DNA of 32,000 bases from Leptolyngbya sp. PCC 6406. GTDB taxonomy: Bacteria; Cyanobacteriota; Cyanobacteriia; Phormidesmidales; Phormidesmidaceae. This document shows, in pieces, positions 9,033 to 17,347 of the stretch. The position numbers and the translations under genes are program-made. Location of the stretch: the NCBI RefSeq assembly GCF_000332095.2, contig NZ_KI913949.1:1379169-1411168 (forward strand), in the 5' to 3' direction. The number at the start of each line of letters is the position of its first letter. Within the stretch, counting starts at the first letter, position 1. The notes beneath the pieces are model-generated. The model worked only from the letters and a program-made list of their open reading frames with translations. It was not told where the DNA came from and ran no database searches.

Positions 9033-9104
9033 TAGGGTGCATAACGCTGAAGCGTGGCTTTGCCTTTTATGTCGCTTGTGAAACGCGAAGCAAGGCACCG
9101 CAGA
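9033..9104 (+). repeat. dispersed ~72 bp repeat, family B, copy 2
   Basis: TAGGGTGCATAACGCTGAAGCGTGGCTTTGCCTTTTATGTCGCTTGTGAAACGCGAAGCAAGGCACCGCAGA is collinear with 7805-7877. Confidence 0.85.
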
Positions 9105-9554
9105 AAGGCCACACCTAGGGGAAATGGACACAGGATTTCTGCCATCTCAAGTACTAGTACTGGCTGGCAGAAATCCTACCCATCTGCTAAAGCAAGCACT
9201 CTTGTGTTTCCTGGAATCCCGTTTCATCCTTCTGCCTGGTATGCACGGGCACAGCCCTACATCAGTTCTGCCTTGCAGTACTAAACTCAACCGAGGGAAG
9301 CCTGCGTAACGGAATGATATTGGGATTTATATCGTAGGGTCTTAGGATTTTCTGGGTTCAGTGGTACTTAAGATTTGGCGAGCATTGCTTACCCTACAGA
9401 ATGCTTAAGGTGGGCATTGCCTAATCTACAGGAGACCCAGGATCTTGCCCTACCTAAGGTATAACAAGGTTTACAGCGATCTGAAGAGACTTAATCTCAA
9501 TGCCGCTGGTCTCTGGGTTGCATCTCCAAAGTCTTTGCCCTTCAAGCTTAGTTC

Positions 9555-12350
9555 ATGGCTTTTTCTGACCGTCTACCCCGTAGCTTGAGTTCATTAGAAA
9601 CCTGGGGATTTGGCCTCACCGGGCTCTTGCTTTGGCTGGGGGTGGCTCCGGCGATGCAGCTTGATCTTGGCCCGCAAGTTCTGTGGGTGTGGCTACCGGG
9701 AACGGTGATTGGCGTATTAATCAATCTCCAAGTGCGGCGACTGGGGGAAACCTGGGCAGATCTCTCGGGGGGAACGCCCAGCTACATTCGTCGGCTCCTT
9801 CCCGATCGCCCAGGGCTGGCTACCTATGCAGCCCTGGGTTACTACCTGAGTTGGGTGTCGGCGCTGCCCGTGAGTGCCATTGTGCTAGCGGATTTAGTCC
9901 GGGCTAATTTGGAACCCTTTGGGCTGGCTTGTCCTACGGTGGTTCTGGAGGTAGGCTTTACTGCGATCGCATTTGTCGTAGCCCTGACAGGTACTCGGGC
10001 CTTGGGCGTCCTGCATCTCTTTTTTGTGGTCCCCGCGATCGCCCTAATGCTGCTGTTTTGCCTTCAGGGATTGGGGTGGCTGGTGTGGGTAGATTCCGTG
10101 GAACTCCCGAGGGACTGGGGGCAGTTCCATCTGGGCAATTGGGCCAAGTGGTACATCATTTCCTCCTACGCAGTCTATGCCTGCGAAACCGCTGCTGCCT
10201 TTGTCGCGGATAGCCGCAATCCCCACCGCACGCTGCAAGTCTTACCTGTGGCGGCGGTCCTAATCCCCCTGGTGTACCTCGGGGGGAGTGGGGTTTTGCT
10301 GGGGCTGGCGGATCCCGCCTTGGGGGCTAATACCCCCTATGAACAACTGCTGGGGGCATCCCCCTTTTGGGGACAAAGTGCGCCGCTCATTGTCACTTTT
10401 TTGCTGGCGGTGGGGAGTTTGCTGATCTGTGCGACGGCGGTGTCCAATAGTCCCAGAATTCTCTATCAACTAGCCCTAGACGGCCACTTACCCGCGTCCT
10501 TTGCCCAATTGTCTCGGCAGGGGGTGTTGGGGCCGGGACTGCTGTTGACCTTGATCCTGAGTATTGCCTGTCTACTGTGGGGAGACATCGCCCAGATTGT
10601 GCTGGTGACGGGTATTGGTTGGATGAGCTCCTTTGTGATCTTCCATTGGGGGTTATGGCGACAGCGGCAGCAGGACTATGTCCTCTGGCCTTGGTGGTCC
10701 TTGGGATTTGCTGGGTTAGAAGTCGTGGCGATCGGGGCGGGAGGCTGGTCTTGGGGGGCGACGGATCTGGTTTTGGGGCTGGCATTGCCGGGAGGCGCAT
10801 GGCTCTTAGGGCAAACCCTGGGCCGAATTCCCCTGCCCCCATCAGCCCCCGAGTTGCCCTTGGGAACTGCCGTGCAGCGCAGTGACGATTTCATCATGGG
10901 TCAGATTGGTGGGCTCATTGCCCTCATCACGGGGGCCATTGTCCTAAGCTGGCTCATTCATGATGCTGTTGACGCCCTGCCCACCCAAGCCCAGAGCAAT
11001 ATATTGATAGTGGTGTTGCTGATCGGGGCTTCAGTGGGGGTTGCGATCGCGGGTTGGACAATGTTGCCCCAGGTAGCGGCGGTAGCCACCGCCCGAGAGC
11101 AAGCAGAGCAGTTTTTCAACCTGGCAGCGGACGGCATTATGGTCCTCGACGAGGGGGGGCGAATTCAGCAGGCCAACCAGGCCAGTGAACGCCTGTTTGC
11201 CCAGACGGCGACGGATCTGCGGGGAATGACCCTGGAGGCTCTGTTACCAGACCTCCCAATTGCGCTCACCCCCCAAACCCAGTCGGGGAAAGAAGCCCTC
11301 ACAGCGGCCTTGGGGGAGCGGATGGTGGAGGTGACCCTCTCCCGTCCCTCGGTCCAGATGCGGGCGGCAGTTGAGACCGAAGGCAGTTACGTAGCGGTGT
11401 TGCGGGATATCACGCTGCGGCGAGCAGCGGAGGATGCCCTGCGGATCCAAGCCCAGGAACTAAAGCAACTTCTGGATGAACTCACCCGCACCCAGAGTCA
11501 ACTGGTGCAGGCGGAGAAACTGTCCAGCCTGGGACAGTTGATGGCGGGGGTGGCCCATGAAATTAATAACCCAGTCAGCTTTATCTCCGGTAATGTGACC
11601 TTTGCCCAGGACTATGCCAAGGAACTGTTGGCTTTAATGGCTGCCTTTCGCCAAGCCTATCCCAATCCCCCCCCCGACTTGGTGGAAAAAATGGCGGCGG
11701 TGGATGTGGACTTTCTCCAGGCTGATTTCCCCCGACTTCTGGCCTCGATGCAGGAGGGGGCGGAACGTATTAATCGGATTGTCCGTAGCCTCAGCACCTT
11801 CTCCCGCCAGGACAACCTGCCGACCCCAGGCATCAAGCTGCAAGAGGGCATCGACAGCACCATCATGATTTTGCAGAACCGCCTCAAGGCCCAGGGCCAT
11901 CGTCCTGCGATCGCACTTCAGCAGCAGTTCAATAATGTGCCCTTGGTGGAGTGCTACCCCTCCGCTCTAAACCAGGTGTTTATGAATCTCTTGGTCAATG
12001 CCATTGATGCCCTAGAGGAAGCGATGCACCAGGATCCCACCCTAGAGCCTCAGATCACCATTGCCGCCACCGCTACCCCCCACAACGGGGAGGCGGGAGT
12101 GGAAATTCGCATTGGTGACAATGGCTTGGGCATCCCCACCGAATTGCGCGATCGCCTCTGCGACCCCTTCTTTACCACCAAGCCCATTGGCAAGGGCACG
12201 GGGTTGGGACTCTCCATCAGCTATCAAGTGGTGGTGGAGCAACACCGGGGCCGATTTACCGTCGAGAGTACGCCAGGGTCGGGGGCCACCTTCATTCTCT
12301 GGCTACCCCAAACACTGGCGGCGGCTCCTACGGCAGTTGCGATCGCATAG
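9555..12350 (+). CDS. sensor histidine kinase with N-terminal APC (amino acid/polyamine permease)-like 12-TM domain, PAS, HisKA and HATPase domains
   Basis: The N-terminal ~450 aa are polytopic and carry APC-type motifs: LGETWADLSGGTPSYIRR, YAVYACETAAAFVADSRNPHRTL and RILYQLALDGHLPASFAQL. A PAS region follows (FFNLAADGIMVLDEGGRIQQANQASERLF). Then come the H-box [13 protein letters not shown]-box NLLVNAIDA, G1 DNGLGI and G2 GKGTGLGLS. Confidence 0.85.
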   Translation: MAFSDRLPRSLSSLETWGFGLTGLLLWLGVAPAMQLDLGPQVLWVWLPGTVIGVLINLQVRRLGETWADLSGGTPSYIRRLLPDRPGLATYAALGYYLSWVSALPVSAIVLADLVRANLEPFGLACPTVVLEVGFTAIAFVVALTGTRALGVLHLFFVVPAIALMLLFCLQGLGWLVWVDSVELPRDWGQFHLGNWAKWYIISSYAVYACETAAAFVADSRNPHRTLQVLPVAAVLIPLVYLGGSGVLLGLADPALGANTPYEQLLGASPFWGQSAPLIVTFLLAVGSLLICATAVSNSPRILYQLALDGHLPASFAQLSRQGVLGPGLLLTLILSIACLLWGDIAQIVLVTGIGWMSSFVIFHWGLWRQRQQDYVLWPWWSLGFAGLEVVAIGAGGWSWGATDLVLGLALPGGAWLLGQTLGRIPLPPSAPELPLGTAVQRSDDFIMGQIGGLIALITGAIVLSWLIHDAVDALPTQAQSNILIVVLLIGASVGVAIAGWTMLPQVAAVATAREQAEQFFNLAADGIMVLDEGGRIQQANQASERLFAQTATDLRGMTLEALLPDLPIALTPQTQSGKEALTAALGERMVEVTLSRPSVQMRAAVETEGSYVAVLRDITLRRAAEDALRIQAQELKQLLDELTRTQSQLVQAEKLSSLGQLMAGVAHEINNPVSFISGNVTFAQDYAKELLALMAAFRQAYPNPPPDLVEKMAAVDVDFLQADFPRLLASMQEGAERINRIVRSLSTFSRQDNLPTPGIKLQEGIDSTIMILQNRLKAQGHRPAIALQQQFNNVPLVECYPSALNQVFMNLLVNAIDALEEAMHQDPTLEPQITIAATATPHNGEAGVEIRIGDNGLGIPTELRDRLCDPFFTTKPIGKGTGLGLSISYQVVVEQHRGRFTVESTPGSGATFILWLPQTLAAAPTAVAIA

Positions 12351-12393
12351 GGTGATTTCTGGAAAATATCCGCCCTAATTCAGGGTAATCGCA

Positions 12394-12434
12394 GGGTATT
12401 AACTCAAAGCGGGACAAATTTTGTGGGGAGGAGT
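12394..12434 (+). repeat. family A repeat, partial core copy
   Basis: GGGTATTAACTCAAAGCGGGACAAATTTTGTGGGGAGGAGT matches the 5' core of 571-695. Confidence 0.7.
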
Positions 12435-12582
12435 GGTGAAAGTCCCCTGTGGAAATAACGACTCTGTTCCTGGTTCCCAGGCTCTGCCTGGGAACTCTGC
12501 ACGAGGCTCTGCCTCGTCTTTATGTGTGTGGGTAAGTGCTTGGCTCATAGCCGGGTCGGAGATATAGGTGCCATCCCGCTGA

Positions 12583-12754
12583 GAAGGTGTCTGAAAAGGG
12601 TATAGCAATCCTGCATGGGCTTTGAGTCAGCCTCTTGCTCCGTGGGTTACGCTTCGCTCTACCCACGCTACGAAGGCTTTCAGGAATATGAGTACTGGCG
12701 CATGACGAAAGAAGAAGGGTTTCAGCACCCATACTCTACTTCTCAGACACCCTC
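12583..12754. mobile_element. MITE (172 bp) derived from the IS at 21137-22047, with TGA target-site duplication
   Basis: The left end GAAGGTGTCTGAAAAGG resembles the IS right-end inverted repeat. The right end CTACTTCTCAGACACCCTC is the reverse complement of the IS left end GAGGGTGTCTGAGAAGTAG. It is flanked by TGA at 12580-12582 and 12755-12757. It has no coding capacity. Confidence 0.75.
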
Positions 12755-13040
12755 TGAACTATAGACTTTATGCAAGACTGGAGAATCGCGCTCTTGTCAA
12801 GTTCGCTTTATACATTTCAGATGCGATTATCCTGCTACATTCTTAAATAACTGTGTCATCCCTATAAACTCACCCAAATTAGATAAAAGCACGGGAAAAA
12901 CACTGTCAATTGTTACCAATTGTTATTTTGCAGTACGGATGGCAATGAAGTACCATTTTTGCTTGCATAGTCCTAACGGCTGAGTACTTTTTGAAGGGTT
13001 GCATCTTTCTGAAGGGTTGCATAGCCGGGGTTTTTGTCTT

Positions 13041-13796
13041 ATGTGGAGAATTCACCAAATGATGACCCCTGATATCTTGTTGGAACACCTGAATCCGATC
13101 GCTAAATCCTACAACCTTTGCGCCCATCCTTTTATGGTGCGGTTTGCAAAAGGGGGATTCACTGCTGGTCAAATTCAGTGGTGGGCCAAGAAAATGCTGC
13201 CCGGTTCAAATCGGTTTAATACATCGTTTATCCTAGCTGTATCAATGGCTACCGATGTGCAGGATCGGGTTATTCTGCTAGACAATGTTTACAGTGAACA
13301 TGGTTATTTGAAGCCTGGAACAACCCATGTTGAGCTGTATATGAACTTCATGAAAGCCATTGGTTGCAAAAATATCTCTGTTCACGAAGATGACGGCAGT
13401 GACAGAGTTTCAGCCCTCGCCTTTAAGCGGTTTTTGGTTAATCGCGATGAACCCTTTGCCGGAGTCCTAGCCCGGTTCCTGGCCATTGAAACAGTCTTAC
13501 CTGATTTGTTCCCACAGTATATCAAGGGTCTTAAAAAGACCTTCCCGGCCATCTCCGATGAAGCGATCGAGTATTTCTACATCCATAGTGAGCTTGATCC
13601 GAAACATCAGTCTGATTTGTTAGAGGTGATTGGCAGAAATACACAATCCGAAGCTGACATTGACATTGTTAAGTACAACTTTGAGTTGATCTTTAAGCAG
13701 CTAGTAGCCATGTTTGACTACATGCTGCTTGAGCTTGATCAGCAGCCTTGGCAAGCTCAAGAACAACCTGAGCTGGTCTCTGCAGTCAGTGCTTGA
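13041..13796 (+). CDS. heme-oxygenase-like fold, iron-containing redox enzyme family protein (PqqC/CADD/TenA-like diiron oxidase candidate)
   Basis: The protein looks all-helical with a candidate metal-ligand pattern: SEHG...TTHVE, LAIETV and IHSELDPKH (HxxxDxxH). HPFMVRFAKGGFTAGQIQWW is typical of the family N-terminus. Start is ambiguous: ATG at 13041, 13059 or 13062, and the listed 12999 is a TTG. Confidence 0.6.
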   Translation: MWRIHQMMTPDILLEHLNPIAKSYNLCAHPFMVRFAKGGFTAGQIQWWAKKMLPGSNRFNTSFILAVSMATDVQDRVILLDNVYSEHGYLKPGTTHVELYMNFMKAIGCKNISVHEDDGSDRVSALAFKRFLVNRDEPFAGVLARFLAIETVLPDLFPQYIKGLKKTFPAISDEAIEYFYIHSELDPKHQSDLLEVIGRNTQSEADIDIVKYNFELIFKQLVAMFDYMLLELDQQPWQAQEQPELVSAVSA

Positions 13797-13964
13797 TCCA
13801 ACGTTTAGTACGGTTATTTGATCGTCATACCGTTGCTATGTCCAAAGAGTTGAGGAGGCAAAATCAAGTGACTTTGAACCTCAGCTCTTTGGCACAGCCA
13901 TGGGTCGCACCTACCTACTAATGTCAGACATTTAGATTATTGAAGAGATTGCAGATATGGTTCA

Positions 13965-14074
13965 GAGGGTGTCTGAAAAGGATGGTTGCCTACAAAAGAG
14001 TAAGGATTTCAGCACTGGGGTATGACGAAAGAATAAGGGTTTCAGCACCCATACTCGACTTCTCAGACATTCTC
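13965..14074. mobile_element. MITE (110 bp) of the same family, with TCA target-site duplication
   Basis: GAGGGTGTCTGAAAAGG is at the left end and GACTTCTCAGACATTCTC at the right. The interior (ATGACGAAAGAATAAGGGTTTCAGCACCCATACTCGAC) matches the MITE at 12583-12754. It is flanked by TCA at 13962-13964 and 14075-14077. Confidence 0.75.
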
Positions 14075-14132
14075 TCAGGCTGCCATAAACAGAACTAAGG
14101 TTAGTCCTCGTCGTTCGATTTTCCGGAAACCG

Positions 14133-15146
14133 ATGTTAAAGCGATCTACCACCGATGACAGCGACCTTTGGGATATTGTGCTGGGGCATTTCAGCAACCA
14201 CATGCTGCTAGTGGCCCACAATCGCAAGCTGTTTCCACTACTGGCACAACAACCTCAAACCCTTGAGGAAGTTGCCAGCCAACTCGGTATTGCCCTACGA
14301 CCCACCCAGGCCATGCTGACAGCGGTCGCCTCTATGGGCTTCATCAAGGTCGATCAAGCCCATTACAGCCTCACTACCTTTGCAGAGGAGTACCTGCTGG
14401 AGGGCAGCCCTACTTATTTTGGGGGTTTTTTGGACATGGTCACGGCTAACCATGCGGTCAATACCTATGACAGCTTGCAAAAAGCGATTACAGATAACGC
14501 GGCTCAGGTTTATACCGATGGGGATTTGTTTGCCTCCCATCAGCAACAGGCGGAGCTAGCAAAGGCATTTACCCTGGCGATGCATGGCCACAGCATGGCC
14601 GCTGCCTTGGAGTGGGTTGAGCTATTGGATCTCTCCGGTCATCAGATGCTGCTGGATGTGGGCGGGGGTTCTGGTGCCCATGCGATCGCAGCGGTCCTCA
14701 AATGGAAGCAACTCCGAGCGGTGGTGGCCGACTTGCCCCCCGTGTGTGAAGTGGCGGATGGGGTGATTGCACGCCATCAGCTACAGCAGCGAATTACCAC
14801 CCAGCCGACGGATATGTGGGAAACCCCATTCCCCGATGCTGATGTCCATTTCTATGCCGATATCTACCACGATTGGCCACCAGAAAAGGGCGCATTTTTG
14901 ACCGCTAAGAGCTTTGAGCAATTGCCCTCCGGTGGTCGCATTATCATCCATGAGATGTTGCTCAACGCGAATAAAACCGGCCCGATCTCGGTGGCCAATT
15001 ACAATACGGCGATGTTGCTCTGGACCGAAGGCCAGCAATATAGCGATATAGAGCTAGTGCAGCTCCTAAAGCAACAGGGGTTTATTGAGGTTGAGATTAT
15101 TCCTAGCAGCGGGTACTGGAGTCTCGTGACGGGGGTTAAGCCTTAG
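14133..15146 (+). CDS. class I SAM-dependent O-methyltransferase (PF00891-type, with N-terminal dimerisation/winged-helix region)
   Basis: LLDVGGGSGAHAIAAVLKW..LRAVVADLPPV is the SAM-binding motif I and post-I region. Overall length and the C-terminal IIIHEMLL...LLWTEGQQYS resemble small-molecule O-methyltransferases. Confidence 0.8.
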   Translation: MLKRSTTDDSDLWDIVLGHFSNHMLLVAHNRKLFPLLAQQPQTLEEVASQLGIALRPTQAMLTAVASMGFIKVDQAHYSLTTFAEEYLLEGSPTYFGGFLDMVTANHAVNTYDSLQKAITDNAAQVYTDGDLFASHQQQAELAKAFTLAMHGHSMAAALEWVELLDLSGHQMLLDVGGGSGAHAIAAVLKWKQLRAVVADLPPVCEVADGVIARHQLQQRITTQPTDMWETPFPDADVHFYADIYHDWPPEKGAFLTAKSFEQLPSGGRIIIHEMLLNANKTGPISVANYNTAMLLWTEGQQYSDIELVQLLKQQGFIEVEIIPSSGYWSLVTGVKP

Positions 15147-16882
15147 GTGCGGGCTTCCGTCTGTTTCAGCGGAATCGTAACGACAAATTCTGTGCCACCC
15201 GTTGGGTGGGAGTTACAGGTCAGGGTGCCATTGTGTTGTTCGACAACAATTTGGTAGCTGATGGAAAGGCCCATACCAGTCCCTTTGCCAACGGGTTTAG
15301 TCGTAAAGAAGGGATCAAACAGGCGCTCGCGCACCGCTTCTGGTATACCGGGGCCATTGTCAATAAAGGTGATGCGGGCCTGTTGGTCTGGAGTAACCTC
15401 AGTACGAATCTGAATTTGACTGGGGATGGACGCTTTGGGATCGGTGCGTTTACTCTCCTGCTCTTCTAGGGCATCAATGGCATTCGCCAAAATATTCATG
15501 AAGACTTGATTGAGCTGTCCTGGAAAACATTCAACCAAAGGGAGGTCACCATAGTCTTTATGGACTTGAATGGCAAGCCGCTTGGGGTTGGCTTTGAGGC
15601 GATGAGCCAAAATCATCAGGGTACTTTCGATTCCCTCTTGGAGATTGACGGTTTTGAGGTCGGCCTCATCCATGCGGGAGAAATTCCTTAGGGACAGGAC
15701 GATTTGGCTAATGCGATCCACCCCGATTTTCATGGAGGTGAGTAATTTGTTTAAATCCTCCACCATGAAGTCGAGCTCGATCTCCTCAATTTCCGCTTGA
15801 ATCTCTGGGGCTGGGGTGGGGTAATGGGTTTGATACAGACTGAGTAAACCTAACAAGTCCTGAATATAGTTTTTGGAATGGTTGAGGTTGCCGTTGATGA
15901 AATTAACGGGGTTATTGATTTCGTGGGCAACACCCGCCACTAATTGCCCCAGAGATGACATCTTCTCGCTCTGAAGCAGCTTGGATTGGGTCTGCTGTAG
16001 TTTTTGCAAAGTGACCTCTAGATCCTGAGCTTTTTGCCGCAGGGCAATTTCTGAGGCCCGCAGGGCTTCTTCTGCTTTTTTGCGATCGCTGACATCCCGA
16101 GCGATCCCCTGTAGGCCAATAGGGTGCCCCTCAGCATCAAACATGGGGGAGCTATTACAGATAATCCAGCACCAAGAGCCATCCTTGCGCTGAGTGCGAA
16201 ACTCGAGCCCATTATCTTTCTGCCCCGTTTGCATCACATGTTGGGCAGAGGTCATCACCTGCTGAAGATCCTCGGGATGAACGATTTCAGCAAAAGACTT
16301 GTCGGCAAATTCTTCCAGCTCATAGCCCCACATGGCTTTGAATTGGGGTGATAGATAGGTAAAGGCACCATCAAGGCCAATCATATAAATCAGGTCATTG
16401 GCCGATTCGATCATCCGCTGAAACTTAGCTTCGCTCTGAGCCAGAGCAGTTTCAAGACTACTGGAACTGGTATTGCCACTACGAACCGCCTCGGCCCGTT
16501 TTTGTGCCGTAATATCTTCCCGAATCACGCAAAGTCCGCCCACCGCGTCATCTTGATCGCGCCATGGGGCAAGTCGCCACTTGAGCCAGCCCGTGGTTTT
16601 GGGACCGACCTCGGTAAATTCTTCTCGGCAGATCTCTCGATCTTCCCGTAGGCAGCGCTGGTAGATGAGCGGCCATTCCCCCACTTGATGGCCAGCCCTG
16701 TCTAGGTGGTTTTGCCCGGTGAGGTCATCACTGCAATCGCAATCGTCGAGCCACCGCTGACTGACAAACAAGTAATTAAGGTTACTGTCTAACATGGCGA
16801 TCGCCACAGGGGCATAGCACAGAAACCGTTGTGTTAATTCTGAGCTGATCAGTTGGTTACCCCAAGGGTGATCTGGCAACAT
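15143..16882 (-). CDS. PAS domain-containing sensor histidine kinase (two PAS, HisKA, HATPase)
   Basis: Two PAS-like regions are present ([19 protein letters not shown]; [21 protein letters not shown]...[16 protein letters not shown]). The H-box is [12 protein letters not shown], the N-box [10 protein letters not shown]1 DNGPGI and G2 GKGTGMGLS. The kinase core is a clear paralogue of 9555..12350. ATG 16882 was chosen; a TTG at 16903 is possible. The stop overlaps the convergent methyltransferase stop. Confidence 0.85.
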   Translation of the reverse strand: MLPDHPWGNQLISSELTQRFLCYAPVAIAMLDSNLNYLFVSQRWLDDCDCSDDLTGQNHLDRAGHQVGEWPLIYQRCLREDREICREEFTEVGPKTTGWLKWRLAPWRDQDDAVGGLCVIREDITAQKRAEAVRSGNTSSSSLETALAQSEAKFQRMIESANDLIYMIGLDGAFTYLSPQFKAMWGYELEEFADKSFAEIVHPEDLQQVMTSAQHVMQTGQKDNGLEFRTQRKDGSWCWIICNSSPMFDAEGHPIGLQGIARDVSDRKKAEEALRASEIALRQKAQDLEVTLQKLQQTQSKLLQSEKMSSLGQLVAGVAHEINNPVNFINGNLNHSKNYIQDLLGLLSLYQTHYPTPAPEIQAEIEEIELDFMVEDLNKLLTSMKIGVDRISQIVLSLRNFSRMDEADLKTVNLQEGIESTLMILAHRLKANPKRLAIQVHKDYGDLPLVECFPGQLNQVFMNILANAIDALEEQESKRTDPKASIPSQIQIRTEVTPDQQARITFIDNGPGIPEAVRERLFDPFFTTKPVGKGTGMGLSISYQIVVEQHNGTLTCNSHPTGGTEFVVTIPLKQTEART

Positions 16883-16992
16883 TAGCGATTTAGCAAACAA
16901 CAATGGTCAAGACAAACAGGGATTAGGGATCTGCGGCTTAATAGCGTACCAAGTAGCCCGGTTGCGACTCCGCTCAACCTTCAGTGATCGAG

Positions 16993-17114
16993 GGCTGAGC
17001 GAAGTCGTTCTCTTCCGCTGGCTGAGCGGAGTCGTTCGCTTTAGCGTCTCCCGAAGGGAGAAAGCCAGCGTCTCCCGAAAGGAGAAAGCCAGCGTCTCCC
17101 GAAGGGAGAAAGCC
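16993..17114 (+). repeat. tandem repeats: 2 x ~26 bp (GGCTGAGCGRAGTCGTTC...) then 3 x 24 bp (AGCGTCTCCCGAAGGGAGAAAGCC)
   Basis: The 24-mers lie at 17043-17066, 17067-17090 and 17091-17114. The middle copy has one substitution. Each contains a TCTCCC/GGGAGA hairpin. They lie in the divergent region between the kinase and the small helical-protein gene. Confidence 0.85.
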
Positions 17115-17347
17115 CGATCAACGGGCACCTTATTTTTCTGCGATTTCCTCAAGGCTAGATTACCCATTTGCATTGCGCTCAGCAACATCGAACGCTGGTC
17201 TCCCCCCAGAATTGGGGGGACTAAGGGGGGCGATACAGCATTTGGAGGCAGCAATCGAGATGGGTGCCGAAGTTAGGCGAATACGCACTGAGGAGCCCTA
17301 TGGCCGGGAGAGTGAGTAAAAGGCTACTTTAGAGGGGATTTTGCCCC

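Noticed and set aside
8861-9309. ORFs 8861..9118, 9054..9284 and 9124..9309 in the long intergenic region
   Set aside because: They are composed of dispersed repeats and hairpins. They overlap each other in different frames and have no recognisable motifs.
12906-13172. 88-aa minus-strand ORF overlapping the start of the diiron-enzyme gene
   Set aside because: It lies in an AT-rich leader and is antisense to the better-supported plus-strand gene. It has no motifs.
16907-17276. ORFs of 115 aa (minus) and 104 aa (plus) between the kinase and the small helical-protein gene
   Set aside because: Both are translations of the 24/26-bp tandem repeats (e.g. RETLAFSFRETLAFSLRETL). There is no start context or protein-like composition.
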